From assembly GCA_001179505.1 (NCBI GenBank), contig CDMY01000113.1, forward strand, positions 124,001 to 188,000: DNA of 64,000 nucleotides, in the 5' to 3' direction. Shown piece by piece: positions 23,761 to 35,457 of the stretch; the stretch's first letter is position 1; each line of letters opens with the position of its first letter. The position numbers and the translations under genes were made by a program. The notes beneath the pieces are model-generated. The model was not told where the DNA came from. It saw only the letters and a list, made by a program, of their open reading frames with translations, and did not search any database. Origin of the DNA: Vitrella brassicaformis CCMP3155 (lineage: Eukaryota; Protista; Chromerida).

Positions 23761-26014
23761 ATGGGGGGTGTGTGTTCAAGGAACGAGGCCGCAAGCAGGG
23801 CTCTTTGGCGTTCCCTCTCTTGCCACGCCTGCGTGTCGCTTATCGTCGACCCCAACGTCATCGACGATGCGGCATTCGCCTCCAGCCGGCACGAGGAGGG
23901 CGCCTACGAGTATGAAATCAACGAAGAGGAACAGCTTGAGGGGCGGGGGGACACCGACCAGAACAGGGATAGGCGGCTGAAGAGCCAGGCCTCGCTGCGT
24001 CAAAGGAGGGACGAGGCCACCCCCAGGTGCTTCATCTTCGCGGCTGCCTTTGAGCAAATCAAGTTCTGCCTCGTTGCTGAATTCACGTGAGTTGAGGGGC
24101 GAGGGGAAGAGGGGAAGAGGGAAATGCGTCCGTGACTTGGCACGCCATTCGTGTGTTTTTGTGTGTTGCTGTGTGCAGCCACTCGCGCTACCGTGCGATC
24201 GAGATTCGCGAGTATGAGACCTCGCAGGGCCGCGGACACATCGTCATCCTTTACGTGAGGGCAGACGTGACAATCCCCTAGGCACGCATTAGGGGTGTGT
24301 GTTTCAACGGGCGTGGCGTGTCTGTGTGTTTGTGCAGCCCACCCTTCCCTCAAGCAAGCCTCCCACGCTCTCCCACTGGTCGACTTCCTCATCGCTCAGT
24401 GACCCCAGCCCCAACACATCACCCGTCGCGGCACCCTTCACACTGCCCCTCGTGTACAAGTCTGAAGGCTTCGACATGCAGGACCTAATCGTGGACTGGT
24501 CAGACGCACCCGTCACCCCCGTGGACAAGGCCATGCGCATCCGGTGGGACTACACGCCGCCACTCGGTATCTCGTTTTCCTTCTCGATGCGCCTCGACAA
24601 GAACGTTGGGGACAGCGACGTCGACGACCGCAAGTCGGTGCTGACCTCCGTCAGCCACACGGATAGCAAGGGAGCCGGCCTGCTGCTGGGCGACGGCGAC
24701 TTGATCGAGTTGGTGGTCAATGAGAGCCATCCCGTCACTCTGGGCGACATGGTCAACCCGTTTGGTGGCCTGACGAGCGAGCTGGGTGACAAGGAGTCGG
24801 ACGGGGGCGCGAGGGCGGGTTTCCCACTCTACTTCTGGGGCCGTGCCCGGCTGGTGAGTGAGCGTGCCAAGGAGGTGTCGGTGAGTGTGGGCGGCCGGCG
24901 GTGCCAGGTGCAATGCTACGATCGCTTGGTGGATAACGAGTGGAGCCTCAAGGTGGGCTACTCCCTCAGCCCACTGCTGCACCGATGGACGCCACAACAT
25001 GAAGGTGAGGAGGGCGGATGGAACGGACAAAAAGATATGCACCGAAAGCGCTCTCCCTTGTGTGCATGTCAGGAATGATGAAGCAGCGAAGTGAGGTTTT
25101 GTACCGCTACAACGACCTGTTTGAGCTGGAGCGCGTCGAGGCCCTCGACCCGTCCCCTCTCTCGCCCCCACACAGCCGCACGTACATCCACTTCGGCCCG
25201 CCATTCCCTGACCTCTTCCGTCTCAAGATCGGCACCGCGGTCAAGGGCAGGGCGGCTTTCGGCGTGGAGTTCTTCTCGATGCCAGCCAACTTCACCCACA
25301 GGTGTCCCCCGCACCCCATGCTGTCCATCCCCCTCTCGCCCGGCATCCCCATCACATACGACTGCAATGAGAATGACGTTATTGACGAAGACGACGACGG
25401 CATGAGCGGGCCGGAGGGCGCGGCGGGGTTCTTCCCGCCATCGCCCAGCCAGACCAACCATGCGGGCGGCGACGTGGGCGGCGGCCTGCCCCTCTCGCCA
25501 GCCTCGTCGCTCGTCAAGACTGCGCAGAAGAGGGCGGACGTCCAATCCTGCCTGGACCACGCCTACGCCGTGGACAACCTGCTGCAGTGCACCACGACCA
25601 CCATGCGGGAGCAGGAGGCCGAGGCCAAGGGGGACGTCTGCGGAGGGGGCGACGCACTGCTCACGCGTTACCACATGAACGGTCGGTGTAGCCCAGAACA
25701 CAAGAGAGGAATGGGGAAACCGCTGACGCGAAATTGATCCGTCTGTGTGACGCCCGTGTGCAGGTATGGACATCTCGGGTGTCATGGCGGCGAGGTACTC
25801 GGTGGTGCGTGTGAGCGAGGGTCGTGTGGAGGTGGAGCTGCGGCCCCTCAAGACGTTCCAGGTGGAGCACAAGTACGACAGCAAGGGCAACAGGCGGCAG
25901 TGGGTCAACCAGTGGGTGTGGAAGTGCGCCATCACCGCTCTCAGCGGCTCCCACTCGCCCTCCCAGGGGTCTCGCCTGTACGTCAACGGCCACTGGGAGA
26001 GAGAGGTGCTCTGA
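23761..26014 (+). CDS. Hypothetical multi-exon protein with predicted N-terminal myristoylation/palmitoylation signal
   Basis: Starts MGGVCSRN. ORFs 23761-24090, 24340-24952, 25073-25680 and 25764-26014 are linked by GT-AG introns. Confidence 0.6.
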
Positions 26015-26700
26015 CCGATAGGATAGGTCGTCGCATTACGTCACGTCATGTCACGTCACGCGTCCAGCCGCTCTGTCTTCTCTCGTCTGCCTGTCTGTCT
26101 GTCTGTCTGTCTGTCTATCGGTCTGCGCAAAGTATGCTGTTGATGTGTCAGCATGTGTGGCCGGTTTTGCTCGTCTCTCTCTGTGTCCGTGCGTACGTCC
26201 GTGCCTGTCTGTCTGTCTGCCTGCCCGTCTGCCTGTTGTGTGTGGCTGAAAGGTGGTTGCTTGCGGTTCTCGGGAAAAGCCCCGGGCCGCACATTTGAGC
26301 GAGTTTCGTTTCTGCGTGTGCATGGCGTGGCGTGGCTGCTGATCGTATGTCTTGGGTAAGAATTGACTGGCTGGATGCATGGGGGAACGAGACACTGAAT
26401 GAATTGCAGTGGTCTGTCCATGTACCCTGTTGTGTGTCCCATCACCGCAAGCCTGGCCATATCCGGATTCCATGAGGGAACGAGGCGCTGAATGGATTGC
26501 AGTGGCTGTCTGGCTAATCGCAACAAACAGCCTGGCCAACCTGGCCGATCTGCCGTTAACGCATCGGCACAGCGTACAAGTGGAGGAGTCTTTTTGTCGG
26601 TCGCTTTCTGCGAGCATCGCATTCGCTAATTAGAGGCTTGTCGCGGCCAAAAGGCAGGAAGGTGCATCGCTCTGTATTTGTCGTGTCGCATCAGCGAACC

Positions 26701-28616
26701 ATGGCGGTCCTCCTCACGACCATGGTCGCCGCCCTGGCTGTCCTCTCGGCTGCAGCAGCGTCGCCCTTGCGGCGCCTCGCACCGTCAGAGGAGGTGTGCA
26801 AGAAGACAAACAAACAGCAGGTGGGAACGACGACCGACTCACTCTTGATGTGACCAGAAGAAGAGGCCTGCCTCTGCTGCTGCCATCGTTTGTGTGTCAG
26901 TCTTTGGCCCTCCAGATGGGCTGTTTGACAGCAGCGTCGTATGAAGACACTACAGCCGAGGACTACGCACAAGTAAGCCGAAGGCAGGAAGCTCTCCCCG
27001 TCTCTGGAACTCGCCACACCCCTCTTGCCGATCCGTCGCTTGGCAGGAGTGGCACCTGGCTCTCCCAATCGTGTCCAAGGGCGATGCGGCCATTGTATGG
27101 GTGAAGCCCTCGCCCAAGCCATCCCGTGCACCCACCCCCGAGCCCCCCTACTCCCGCATGTACCCGAAGGGCCGTCTGGTGGACGCATTCTTCCAGTCCC
27201 CGGACGAGTTTGAAGCACCAGAATCGCGGGGCTGGGACGCCTTGAGGATTGAGCTCGACGACGAGACGTGGGACGAAGCGGAGTGTGCCATCTCATTCGT
27301 GGTGGGTGGACAGACAGGGGAGAGAGTGGATGTCTAGGTGCTCTGATTAGCACGGGTTGATGGGCGTGTCTGCACACAGGGGAGCAACGACCATCAGGAC
27401 CTGTTCAACTCGTATCACATTGAGCCATACGAGCCCGTCACAGACCCACAAGGCAACACGTAAGCAAAGCGGATCCGATTGTCGGCATCCATCCATCCAT
27501 CCATCCATTCTCGTGCGCTGTCGTGCAGATACGAGGTGCACGCGGGCTTTTACGAAGAAGCCATGGTACGTGAACGTTCGGTGTCAGGCCCGGCATGGGC
27601 ATCGCCATGAATGGATATTTCTCCATCATCATGTATGCAGTCGTTGATGGAGAGCCCCGAATGGGAGGTCTGGGACGTCATGCGGAACAGCAGTGTTTGC
27701 TCTATGGGCATCTACTTCACGGGCTTCTCACTCGGGGGTGCGCTGGCGTCGCTCTTTCACCTGCAGCAATACGGACCCTGGAGCGATAAGGCCACAGTAA
27801 GGACGGAGGGCGGAACACCACAACCAATACCCCACGCACATGCTCGACCGCGTGTGTCTGTCCGTGTCAGCTCATCACCTTCGGCGCTCCACCTGTCGTC
27901 ACCCACCGATCCTTCCCTCCTGAGCACACTGACCAAGATGAATCGCCCCCTTGTCACAGCAATGGCGTGCACTTCCAGTATTCCTCCTTCTGGGCGGGCA
28001 GCGACCCCGTCCCCCGGCTGTTCTCGTCCTCCCTGCGGCACTTGGAGAGAATCGTCGACCTAGAGAGAGGCGTCACCAATCGGGCCAACTATGAGACAGC
28101 AGGGGGCGACATGTGCGCAAGGCGGCTGGCGGCCGAAGGCCTCCCCTCTTCGTCTGCCAGCGATGACCGGAGATCCCTCCTGCTGCTTCAAGGCATCTGG
28201 AATCCTTGGCAGGTGTGCGGCACGGCTGAGAAAGATTGATGGCTGTGCATGCTGTCTGTCCGTCTATCTGTGTGTGTTACCGGTTTCTCTGTCAGCACTA
28301 CCTCCGGAACTACGTGACGATGTTCGCGGAGCTGCAGAGGGTGGTGCCGAGCCCCGTGACTGATAGCAACGAGAGCCAGGAGACGTGCAGCTACGATACC
28401 CGTGGCACGTGCTTCCTGCTGCCCTGCTGGGGCTATGGCAGCAACGTGTCATGCCAAAGGGGCAGGTGTCTCTGTCGAGACAATTTTTGTTTCAGCGGCG
28501 GGCAGTGCCGCCCTGCAGCACCGGTGGCGCAGGAGGCGGCAGAGAAGGGGAGGCTGAGCGCTGAGGCTCTTCTGAGCGTGCCTGCACCCGTCCTGCCACT
28601 GGTAAGGGACGTGTAG
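26701..28616 (+). CDS. Secreted class-3 lipase (alpha/beta hydrolase) with C-terminal Cys-rich module
   Basis: Signal-peptide-like MAVLLTTMVAALAVLSAAAA. Lipase_3 motifs: GSND..D, VHAGFY, TGFSLGGALA (GxSxG), LITFGAPPV, SDPVPRL, HYLRNY. C-terminal segment with 8 Cys. Confidence 0.82.
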
Positions 28617-29104
28617 TGATGTGTATATGGATCCCATGCATGTGTGCATCCACACATACATGCACAGTCAGCCTTACGTGTTTCGTACTTTTTGTCAAAA
28701 GCAAGCCGCGTCGCCCATAAATGTGCTGGCACGTTTCGTGTGTGTGTGTGTACTATGTCACGTGTGTGTATATATGTGTGTGTAGGCGTGTACCGTACGC
28801 ATGTGCAATGATGGCACTCGATGGGCTGGCTGTAGTCATGTTTCTCCTCCGGATCCTCCACTCCATTTGTATGTTTGCGTTGATCCTGACACGACACGCT
28901 CATCGGTTGCTTTGGCCTTTAGGGACGTACTACGTGTGTCCATGTTCATGTGCATCGCACCAACGCCGAGCAAGTGCGTGTGTGGATATGAATTCAACAG
29001 ACGGCAGTCCACCACATCGTGTGTGCCTCGGTGATTTGCCTCACCCATATAAGTGCATCGTGGTGTACTCATCCCCGCCGCGGCGAGAATGGCGTCGCGC
29101 GAGA

Positions 29105-30987
29105 ATGACCTCGCAGCAGCGGTTTCACGCAGATCGAGACTCGCGAAGCTTTCCGTTGAAGAGGGAAAACCAGCTGTGCGATATGTCAGCCAAGCTGGTC
29201 ATCGGCCGCGGACCCAGGGCCCGCACGATCGTGTTTGATAGGGAGCAGGCGGAGCTGGGCAGCGGCGGGACGGCACTCGTCCTCAAGGGCGTTTTGCCGC
29301 GCGAGGACGGCAGCGGTGGGGACGAAGTAGCCTTCAAGATAGCCCGGCTACAGCCCGACGCCGACGACGACGAGTTCGGCGAGGACAGCGAGTCGGACGA
29401 CAGCAGCGAGGAGGACCCCGAGGAGGATGATAGAAGGAAGGAGGAGAGCAGAGAGGAGGATCTGAGTCGGAGGAGACCAGGAATGCGGCAGGAGCTCAAG
29501 CGGCAGCAGCATCTGAGAGCGTTCCAGGGGAGGGAGGTGCCGGCCAGGGTGGTGACGGAGAGGGAAGGGCCGAGGAGGTCATCGACGCAGCCATGGTGGC
29601 GAAGGTGCTGGGCGTGGAGGCTGATCGCATGCGCCAATTCGGCGGCCAGCCTCCGTTCGTCAACCTCTACGCCGCTGAGGTGGACCCGCAGTCGCCCGCC
29701 ACCTACACCAACACGAGAGGGGATGCCATCCCGGCCCTGTGCATAGCCATGCCGGTAGTGTCTGGTGAGCTTGCTTCCACACCCCACACAGATGCGCACA
29801 TGCCCGAGGTCCTCATTTCTCCTTGTGTTTCTGATTGATATGTAGGTGGTGCTGGTGAAGAGCACCGGTTTGTCGAGTTGGGCGATATGTCGGGCTGGCT
29901 GAACAACACGGTGATGCATTCCGACAAGGCGAGGAGGGACAAGGGCAGCATCGACCCGCAGGAGAGAAAGGTGCTGAGGCGCGTCAGCATGCTGACCAAG
30001 GCCCTCCTGTGCACCGCCAAAACCCACAAACTCGCCATGCGCCGCGCTCTCTGCATCGACCACTTTCACAACAACGTCATGCTACCCAAGGCTGCCCTTG
30101 AGAGCCCCAGCAGTGCCCTGCAGCAGTCCGACACGGCCGCCGGCACAGTGCTGTTGGACCTGGCCAATACCCTCACCCCCACCCCTACCCCCTCCCTCCC
30201 CTCACCACCACCTGCCTACTTGGGCCCCCACGTCGTCGTGCTGCCCCTGGACAAGGCCGCCCAAGCCGCCCAAGGGCAGTATCCCGAGGGCTGCACGCCC
30301 TGGCACGTGTCGCCGGAGCTCTGGGTGGCCATGAAGGGGCCGCCGGTCGACGACGAGGCGGACGAGGAGGCCGCGGGAGCCACCGGCCGCATCAATGCCG
30401 GCTTCAACAGAACGCGGCGGCAGCTGAGGGCGGAGGGGCTGCTGGTGGGGGAGCGCAAGTCAGAAGCTCTCATGCTCGGGGAGCCGACCATCGTCGCCGG
30501 CATCGCCAAGGCCATGAGCGTCGTCATGAGGGCGGACTTGAAGGTGAGGACCGCCATCAGGGACGCCAAGGCGCTGGGGGCAGCTGAGGAGCCTCGTGCG
30601 GCCGAGGAGCTGCTGCTGGCCGACTGGGACCACTACACGGCCACCATCATCACCCAAGACGGCCGACCACTCGAGTGCCGCAAAAACAAGCCCGTGCGCC
30701 CCGTGCCCTACGAGGAAGTCCTCACAGCGTGCCCGGGGCTCGAGTGGTTCAGCCAGTGGCAGCAGATCGTGGGACGCGCCGTGGCCAAGGGGTTGAGAGG
30801 CAGACAGAGCGAGCGGGGGACCATCGCAGACTTAGAAGAGCAGCTGGTCCGCGCCCTGCAGCTGCTGGAGCTGGAGCAGGTCAAGCAGGCCACGGAGAAG
30901 GGCACCAGCCTGCAGGTGCCCGTCGCCCTGCCGGCCAGCACAGGCCCTCCCGCCGTCGCCAAGCCCCGCTACTGCTGCTGCGGGTGA
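29105..30987 (+). CDS. Highly divergent protein-kinase-like protein; apparent frameshift near 29570
   Basis: Kinase landmarks appear in order: ELGSGGTALV, VAFK, MRQELK, IDHFHNN, VLPLDK, GCTPWHVSPE, SEALMLG. One intron at about 29767-29844. Confidence 0.55.
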
Positions 30988-31591
30988 GTCACGTGTGTTG
31001 TATGTGTTGTGTATGTATGGCATCCATCCGTCCATCTCACTTCCCTCCATCTGTCTGTCTGTCTGTCTAATCTATGTCAGTTGCTGCTGAAGATTCAGGC
31101 AGTGACACGGCGTCAGGGGAGATTAGCGCCTCCCCGACTCACTTCAAGGATGGGAGAGGGTTCGGTTCTCTTGCAGGGAGGGACCCGTTCATGTCATGTC
31201 GTATGTGTGTGAGTAGCCAGCTGTACAGAGAGACACAGACCACCAGCACATAAATCTTACGTCATTCATGCAATGGTCATGTCACTCACCATGAACGAAC
31301 ATCTCAACGAACGAGTCACCAATCAACACATGGATGGACAGACGCAGCAAGGAGATACGGCCGCCTCAGAGACCAACGCATCACAGCACGATGCCGGCCG
31401 GTCCGCCCGCTCACCGGTCAGGTCGGCAGGTGAACGACAGAGTGTATCTCTCCCTCCCTCCCTCCCTCCTCTATGTCCGTCTGTTGTGCATCTATGTAAT
31501 TTGCCCGTCGCCCTTCAACTAGCTATGTACACGCCCGCCGTCCGTTGGCTATCTGCCTCTGTCGCTGTGTGTGTCTTGCTTGACCTATAGG

Positions 31592-32148
31592 TCAGCGGCG
31601 CTTGCCCAAGACAGCATCCCAGGCAGCTAGGATAGGCATCCACTCGTCCAACGAAATACGCGGGCCTTCCTTCTCGCTCCCCCACTCCTTGCCGCCCTCC
31701 CTCCCTGAGGAAGTCAATGGACGGATGGACAGAACACACGACTGAGTGAGTGGGGCGGCGCAAGAGAGTTGTGCGTTCGGTCCAGCAACACCCTTCATGG
31801 CACAGACAGACAGACGGACAGACAGACAGCGATGGATGTGCGAAGGTGGCATCTGTCCAGTGCAGTGTACCTGCTGCTGTCCGCTGTCATGGGTCATCGG
31901 AACGGCTATTTGAGGCACGCCAAACAACTGCATCTGAACACACATACACGACTCATACACACACAAAATGAATGCGACTTACCTCGTGAAAGACGTGAGT
32001 GATTCTCTCCCAACCTTACCTGTCCAGGCGGCAATGGGTAGAGAGCGGTATCGCCGGGTGCTGCCGGTGCAGCAGGCACCCACCCATCGCTAAAAGGACC
32101 ATCACCACCGCTTTCCGCTGTCTGCCAGCCGCTTGCCGACGCACCCAT
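31592..32148 (-). CDS. Small 4-exon hypothetical protein (MGASASGW...)
   Basis: ATG at 32148. Exons bounded by GTAAGG, GTACAC and CAG sites. Intronic (TCTG)n on the minus strand. Ends AAWDAVLGKRR-stop. Confidence 0.4.
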
Positions 32149-32259
32149 ACCTCTACTGCTCACGGCATGGCCAACAGCAAACGCGAGGCAACGCCAACTC
32201 TCCAGAGCCCTCGGTGAAATCTTGCGAGCGCTGGGCGAAGGCGATCCATCCCTGAACAA

Positions 32260-33872
32260 GGGACAGCATTCTCGATATGGCTTCGGATGCTGCATCGTAC
32301 GACGTCAGCTGTCAGGTGCAGCACACGCTGTTCAGGCTGTACTTCAAAAACAGACCACCGAAGGTCGTCAAGGCCGGCGAATGCTTCGCTGCTGAGGTAT
32401 GGTGGCAGCATGAAAGACACTGTCGTCTGACTCATCGCATCATGGTGTAGTGCCCTTTGCTGTTTGTTTGTCTATCTGTGGCAGCTCTATCTTGCGAACG
32501 AGCTGGTACGCTTGAACTGACCATTGGGGCCATAGTAGCCTAGAAGAGCATGTGTGTGTGTTCCCGTTCTCGTTTGGTTGTCAGGGCATGAGTCATGCAA
32601 TGGTGCCCTCTGACTCATCATCCACACCATCCAGCAGCAGCAGCAGCAGGCAGTCTGTCGGCCTGCAGCTCACGGCCATCCCATGGACGCCAGTCACTGG
32701 CAGCCATCAATCCCCCGCCCCACCCTGCCAGCTGCATGTGGCTGTCAAGAACCCAAGAGACCTCCTTGTCAGGAAGAGCGGCAGTGCCTCGCTGCAGGTG
32801 GCCATCTACATGATGCCGTCCATGGGCAGGCGGCCGTCTTCTGTGCTGTCCGTCACGGCCGTCCTAGTGGTGCAGGTGGATCCCAAGTGCGTGGCTGGCG
32901 GCGGCATTCTCAGGGCCGCATCGCTGCCATTCACTCTGGTGACCAACAACACGGCGGCAGGAGGGAGTAATGCCCTTGTTGATGCGTGGGATGGTTTCAG
33001 CGGCACTCGGCTGCTCGACCTATCACCCATCGGCCCTCTAGCCCTCATTTTGGAGCAGTCGGCTTACGAGGTGCTCGGGGGGAAGGTGTGGGATGCCGGA
33101 TGGATGGTGGCGGAGTGTTTGCGGCAAGAGGGCTACAGAAGGTTGCTGCATGACCATGATGCTGGAAGGCACGCTTGCCTGGAGCTTGGGAGCGGCACGG
33201 GGGTCGGTGGCATCGCGTACTATCTCAGTGGCGGGATGCGGCAGCCGATGGTCGTGTGCACTGACCTACCTGACGTGATGCCCATCTGTGAGGCCAACCT
33301 CACTCTCAACTTTGGTGCAGGTAATTGATGGATTGCACACAGACGTAGCGATCGAAGGCATGCCCAGTGTGCGGTTTTATCTGTGTGCAGAGTCTGATCG
33401 CAAGGCAGACATTCGCGGCCGCCCTTTGCCGTGGGGCGACGACGCGGCCCTGACGGCCGTCAGTGACGAGTTCGGCCCCTTCTCGCTCATCATGTTATGT
33501 GACGTCTTGTACAACAGCGACAGCTACGGGCCGCTAATCGCCACACTCCGACGAGCCATTGACACCAGCCATCCCCCAGCCATCCTCCTCAGCTACCGCT
33601 ATCGAGACCCGTGTGTGGGGCAATTCTTCCAGCAGCTGGGCGACATGTGTCACATCTATGACATCACCGATGTGCCCCTGCCGGCGGATGAGCGGCGCAT
33701 CGACGCGCCTGAGAGGCTGGCGGCCCCGCGAAGGCGATCCAATGTGCTGCGGGCGGCGCTGATGCGCGCTGGTAGTGATGGTGGTGATGGGTGTGGGGGT
33801 GGGGGGGCTTTGGTATCGTGTGAGGACATCTGGGTGCTGTGGTGCGTGCCACAGTGAGGGAGGGTTGTGTCC
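32260..33872. repeat. Segmental duplication, inverted partner of 56869-58507
   Basis: Exons and introns are near-identical to the reverse complement of 56869-58507 by direct comparison. Confidence 0.92.
32277..33857 (+). CDS. SAM-dependent protein-lysine methyltransferase, METTL21/Methyltransf_16-like, copy 1, with N-terminal extension
   Basis: GGKVWDAG, CLELGSGTGVGG (motif I), VCTDLPDVM, ANL, LPWGD, CDVLY. Exons at about 32277-32397, 32485-32510, 32585-33320 and 33391-33857. Confidence 0.85.
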
Positions 33873-34187
33873 GTGTCCATATGTACAGGGGGTACTGTCT
33901 GCATGGCGTTGTAAGTGAAAGACTAGTCTTGCTGCTGATGTCTTGTTGCATGATGTCTTGTGGTGTTCCTTGTGAAAGGCATCGCAGCGGACAAGGATCG
34001 CGCCGGGCAATCAGACAGACAGACAGACAGACAGAGGCAGTGCACGTCAATGATCGATATCGCAAAGACGTTGATTGAGACGGCAAACAAAGAGACAAAC
34101 AACCTGTCCGACCATGTACCATCATGCTCCAAGGTCGCTGCATGTAGCAGACGTAGGTACGGAGACATGAGAAATCGATACCGACAG

Positions 34188-34208
34188 ATATAAAATGGAG
34201 GCAGCGAT
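34188..34208 (-). other. Dispersed 21-nt motif variant ATCGCTGCCTCCATTTTATAT (copy 5)
   Basis: 19/21 identical, on the minus strand. Confidence 0.8.
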
Positions 34209-34346
34209 TTTGGGACCTGAGAGGCATACAGAAGGCCAACCAAGCAAACTAAAGGACGAATGGACAGGCACCGAAGCCATCTCCCATCTCCCCTTTCCCG
34301 CCTGCCTGCCTGCCTGCCTGCCGGCCTGTCTGTCTGCGTACCCCAG

Positions 34347-34990
34347 TCCCGTCACGTCGCATACGAGTGGCTGCCCAAGGACCTCCACCGAGAGCTCGTA
34401 GCTCCAGTACACGCTCGCTACAACGACGTGACTTTCATCCTCACAACACTGAAACAGACACACCCGAATCCACACAGCAAGTTATGAATCACGGGCCAAG
34501 ATCCATGCTTCTGCGGTGCTTATTTCTTACCCGGCGACGGCTCCCAGGCACAGCAACGTCAGGATGCATAGGAGCTGTCCAAGGACCTCCACCGAGTGAT
34601 CATAGGTCCAATATACGGCGACTACGAGCACGAAGAGGGTCGTGCAGGTGGTGAAGAGGCGGAGGGAAGTGACCTCCATCCTCAGCTGGCCTCCTGAGGT
34701 GGCCTGTACGTCCTCAGGTGGGCGCCAGGGCGGCGCGTCGACGTCCGTCTTGTCGCCGCTCTGCTATCGTTGCCGACCAGTGGGATGCCGATGGTACTTG
34801 ATGACAGCTGCCTACTGAATCTCGATTGAGGGAGCCTTGCAGGGCCGTGCAGATACTGAAGAGGCCGAAGGATGTTGGCTTTATCCTCAGCTGGCCTCGG
34901 ATGCTACGAAGAGCTCCCAAGAGGCAGCTGGTGTCACCGCCGGGTGGCGCGTGGACGTCCCGTCGCTGCTGTCTGTCGATGACGATGGAT
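34347..34990 (-). pseudogene. Three partial copies of the formin 5' region / membrane-anchor exon
   Basis: 34679-34531 translates to MEVTSLRLFTTCTTLFVLVVAVYWTYDHSVEVLGQLLCILTLLCLGAVAG, followed by the same intron as formin intron 1. Degenerate copies at about 34448-34347 and 34990-34830. Confidence 0.75.
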
Positions 34991-35084
34991 ACAGCTGCCA
35001 ACTGAACCTCTACTTGCGGCTCGGCTCAAGGGACTACTCCCTCCTCACGAGCCGCATCGGCGGCACCATGGCGGGGTGCGGCAG

Positions 35085-35290
35085 GGGGAAGTGTCGGGGT
35101 GGTGCTGCTGCTCGTGAGGGTGGCCAGGGGTGGCGGGTTGGTGCTGCTGCAGGTGAGGGCAGGGCGTGTCGGGGTGGTGCTGCTGCGAGGGGAGGGGGAG
35201 GGAAGGGGTGCTGGAGTGGGAGGGGCAGGTGCAGGGCTGGTGGTGGGAGGGGCACGAGCCGGGGGGCGACGTGGGACGGGGGATGAACGA
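35085..35290. repeat. G-rich imperfect tandem repeat (GGGGTGGTGCTGCTGC-type units)
   Basis: Recurrent gtgtcggggtggtgctgctgc / ggttggtgctgctgc units with G-runs. Confidence 0.6.
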
Positions 35291-35457
35291 GATGAGGAGG
35301 CACCATCATCGCCCCACTGCCTCTCGGTCCACTGCCCATCCACATGTCGATGCAGGTGGCCTGGGACCGTCTCGTCAACACTACGAGCGCCTGCATTCAC
35401 GAAGATGTTCTTCCCCCTCAACGTGTTCATCATGTATGTCATCTTGCGTAGTGTACC

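Noticed and set aside
20116-34208. 14-kb transposon bounded by the inverted pair of 21-nt motifs
   Set aside because: No target-site duplication or transposase is visible, the interior holds ordinary host-like genes, and three more same-strand copies lie outside.
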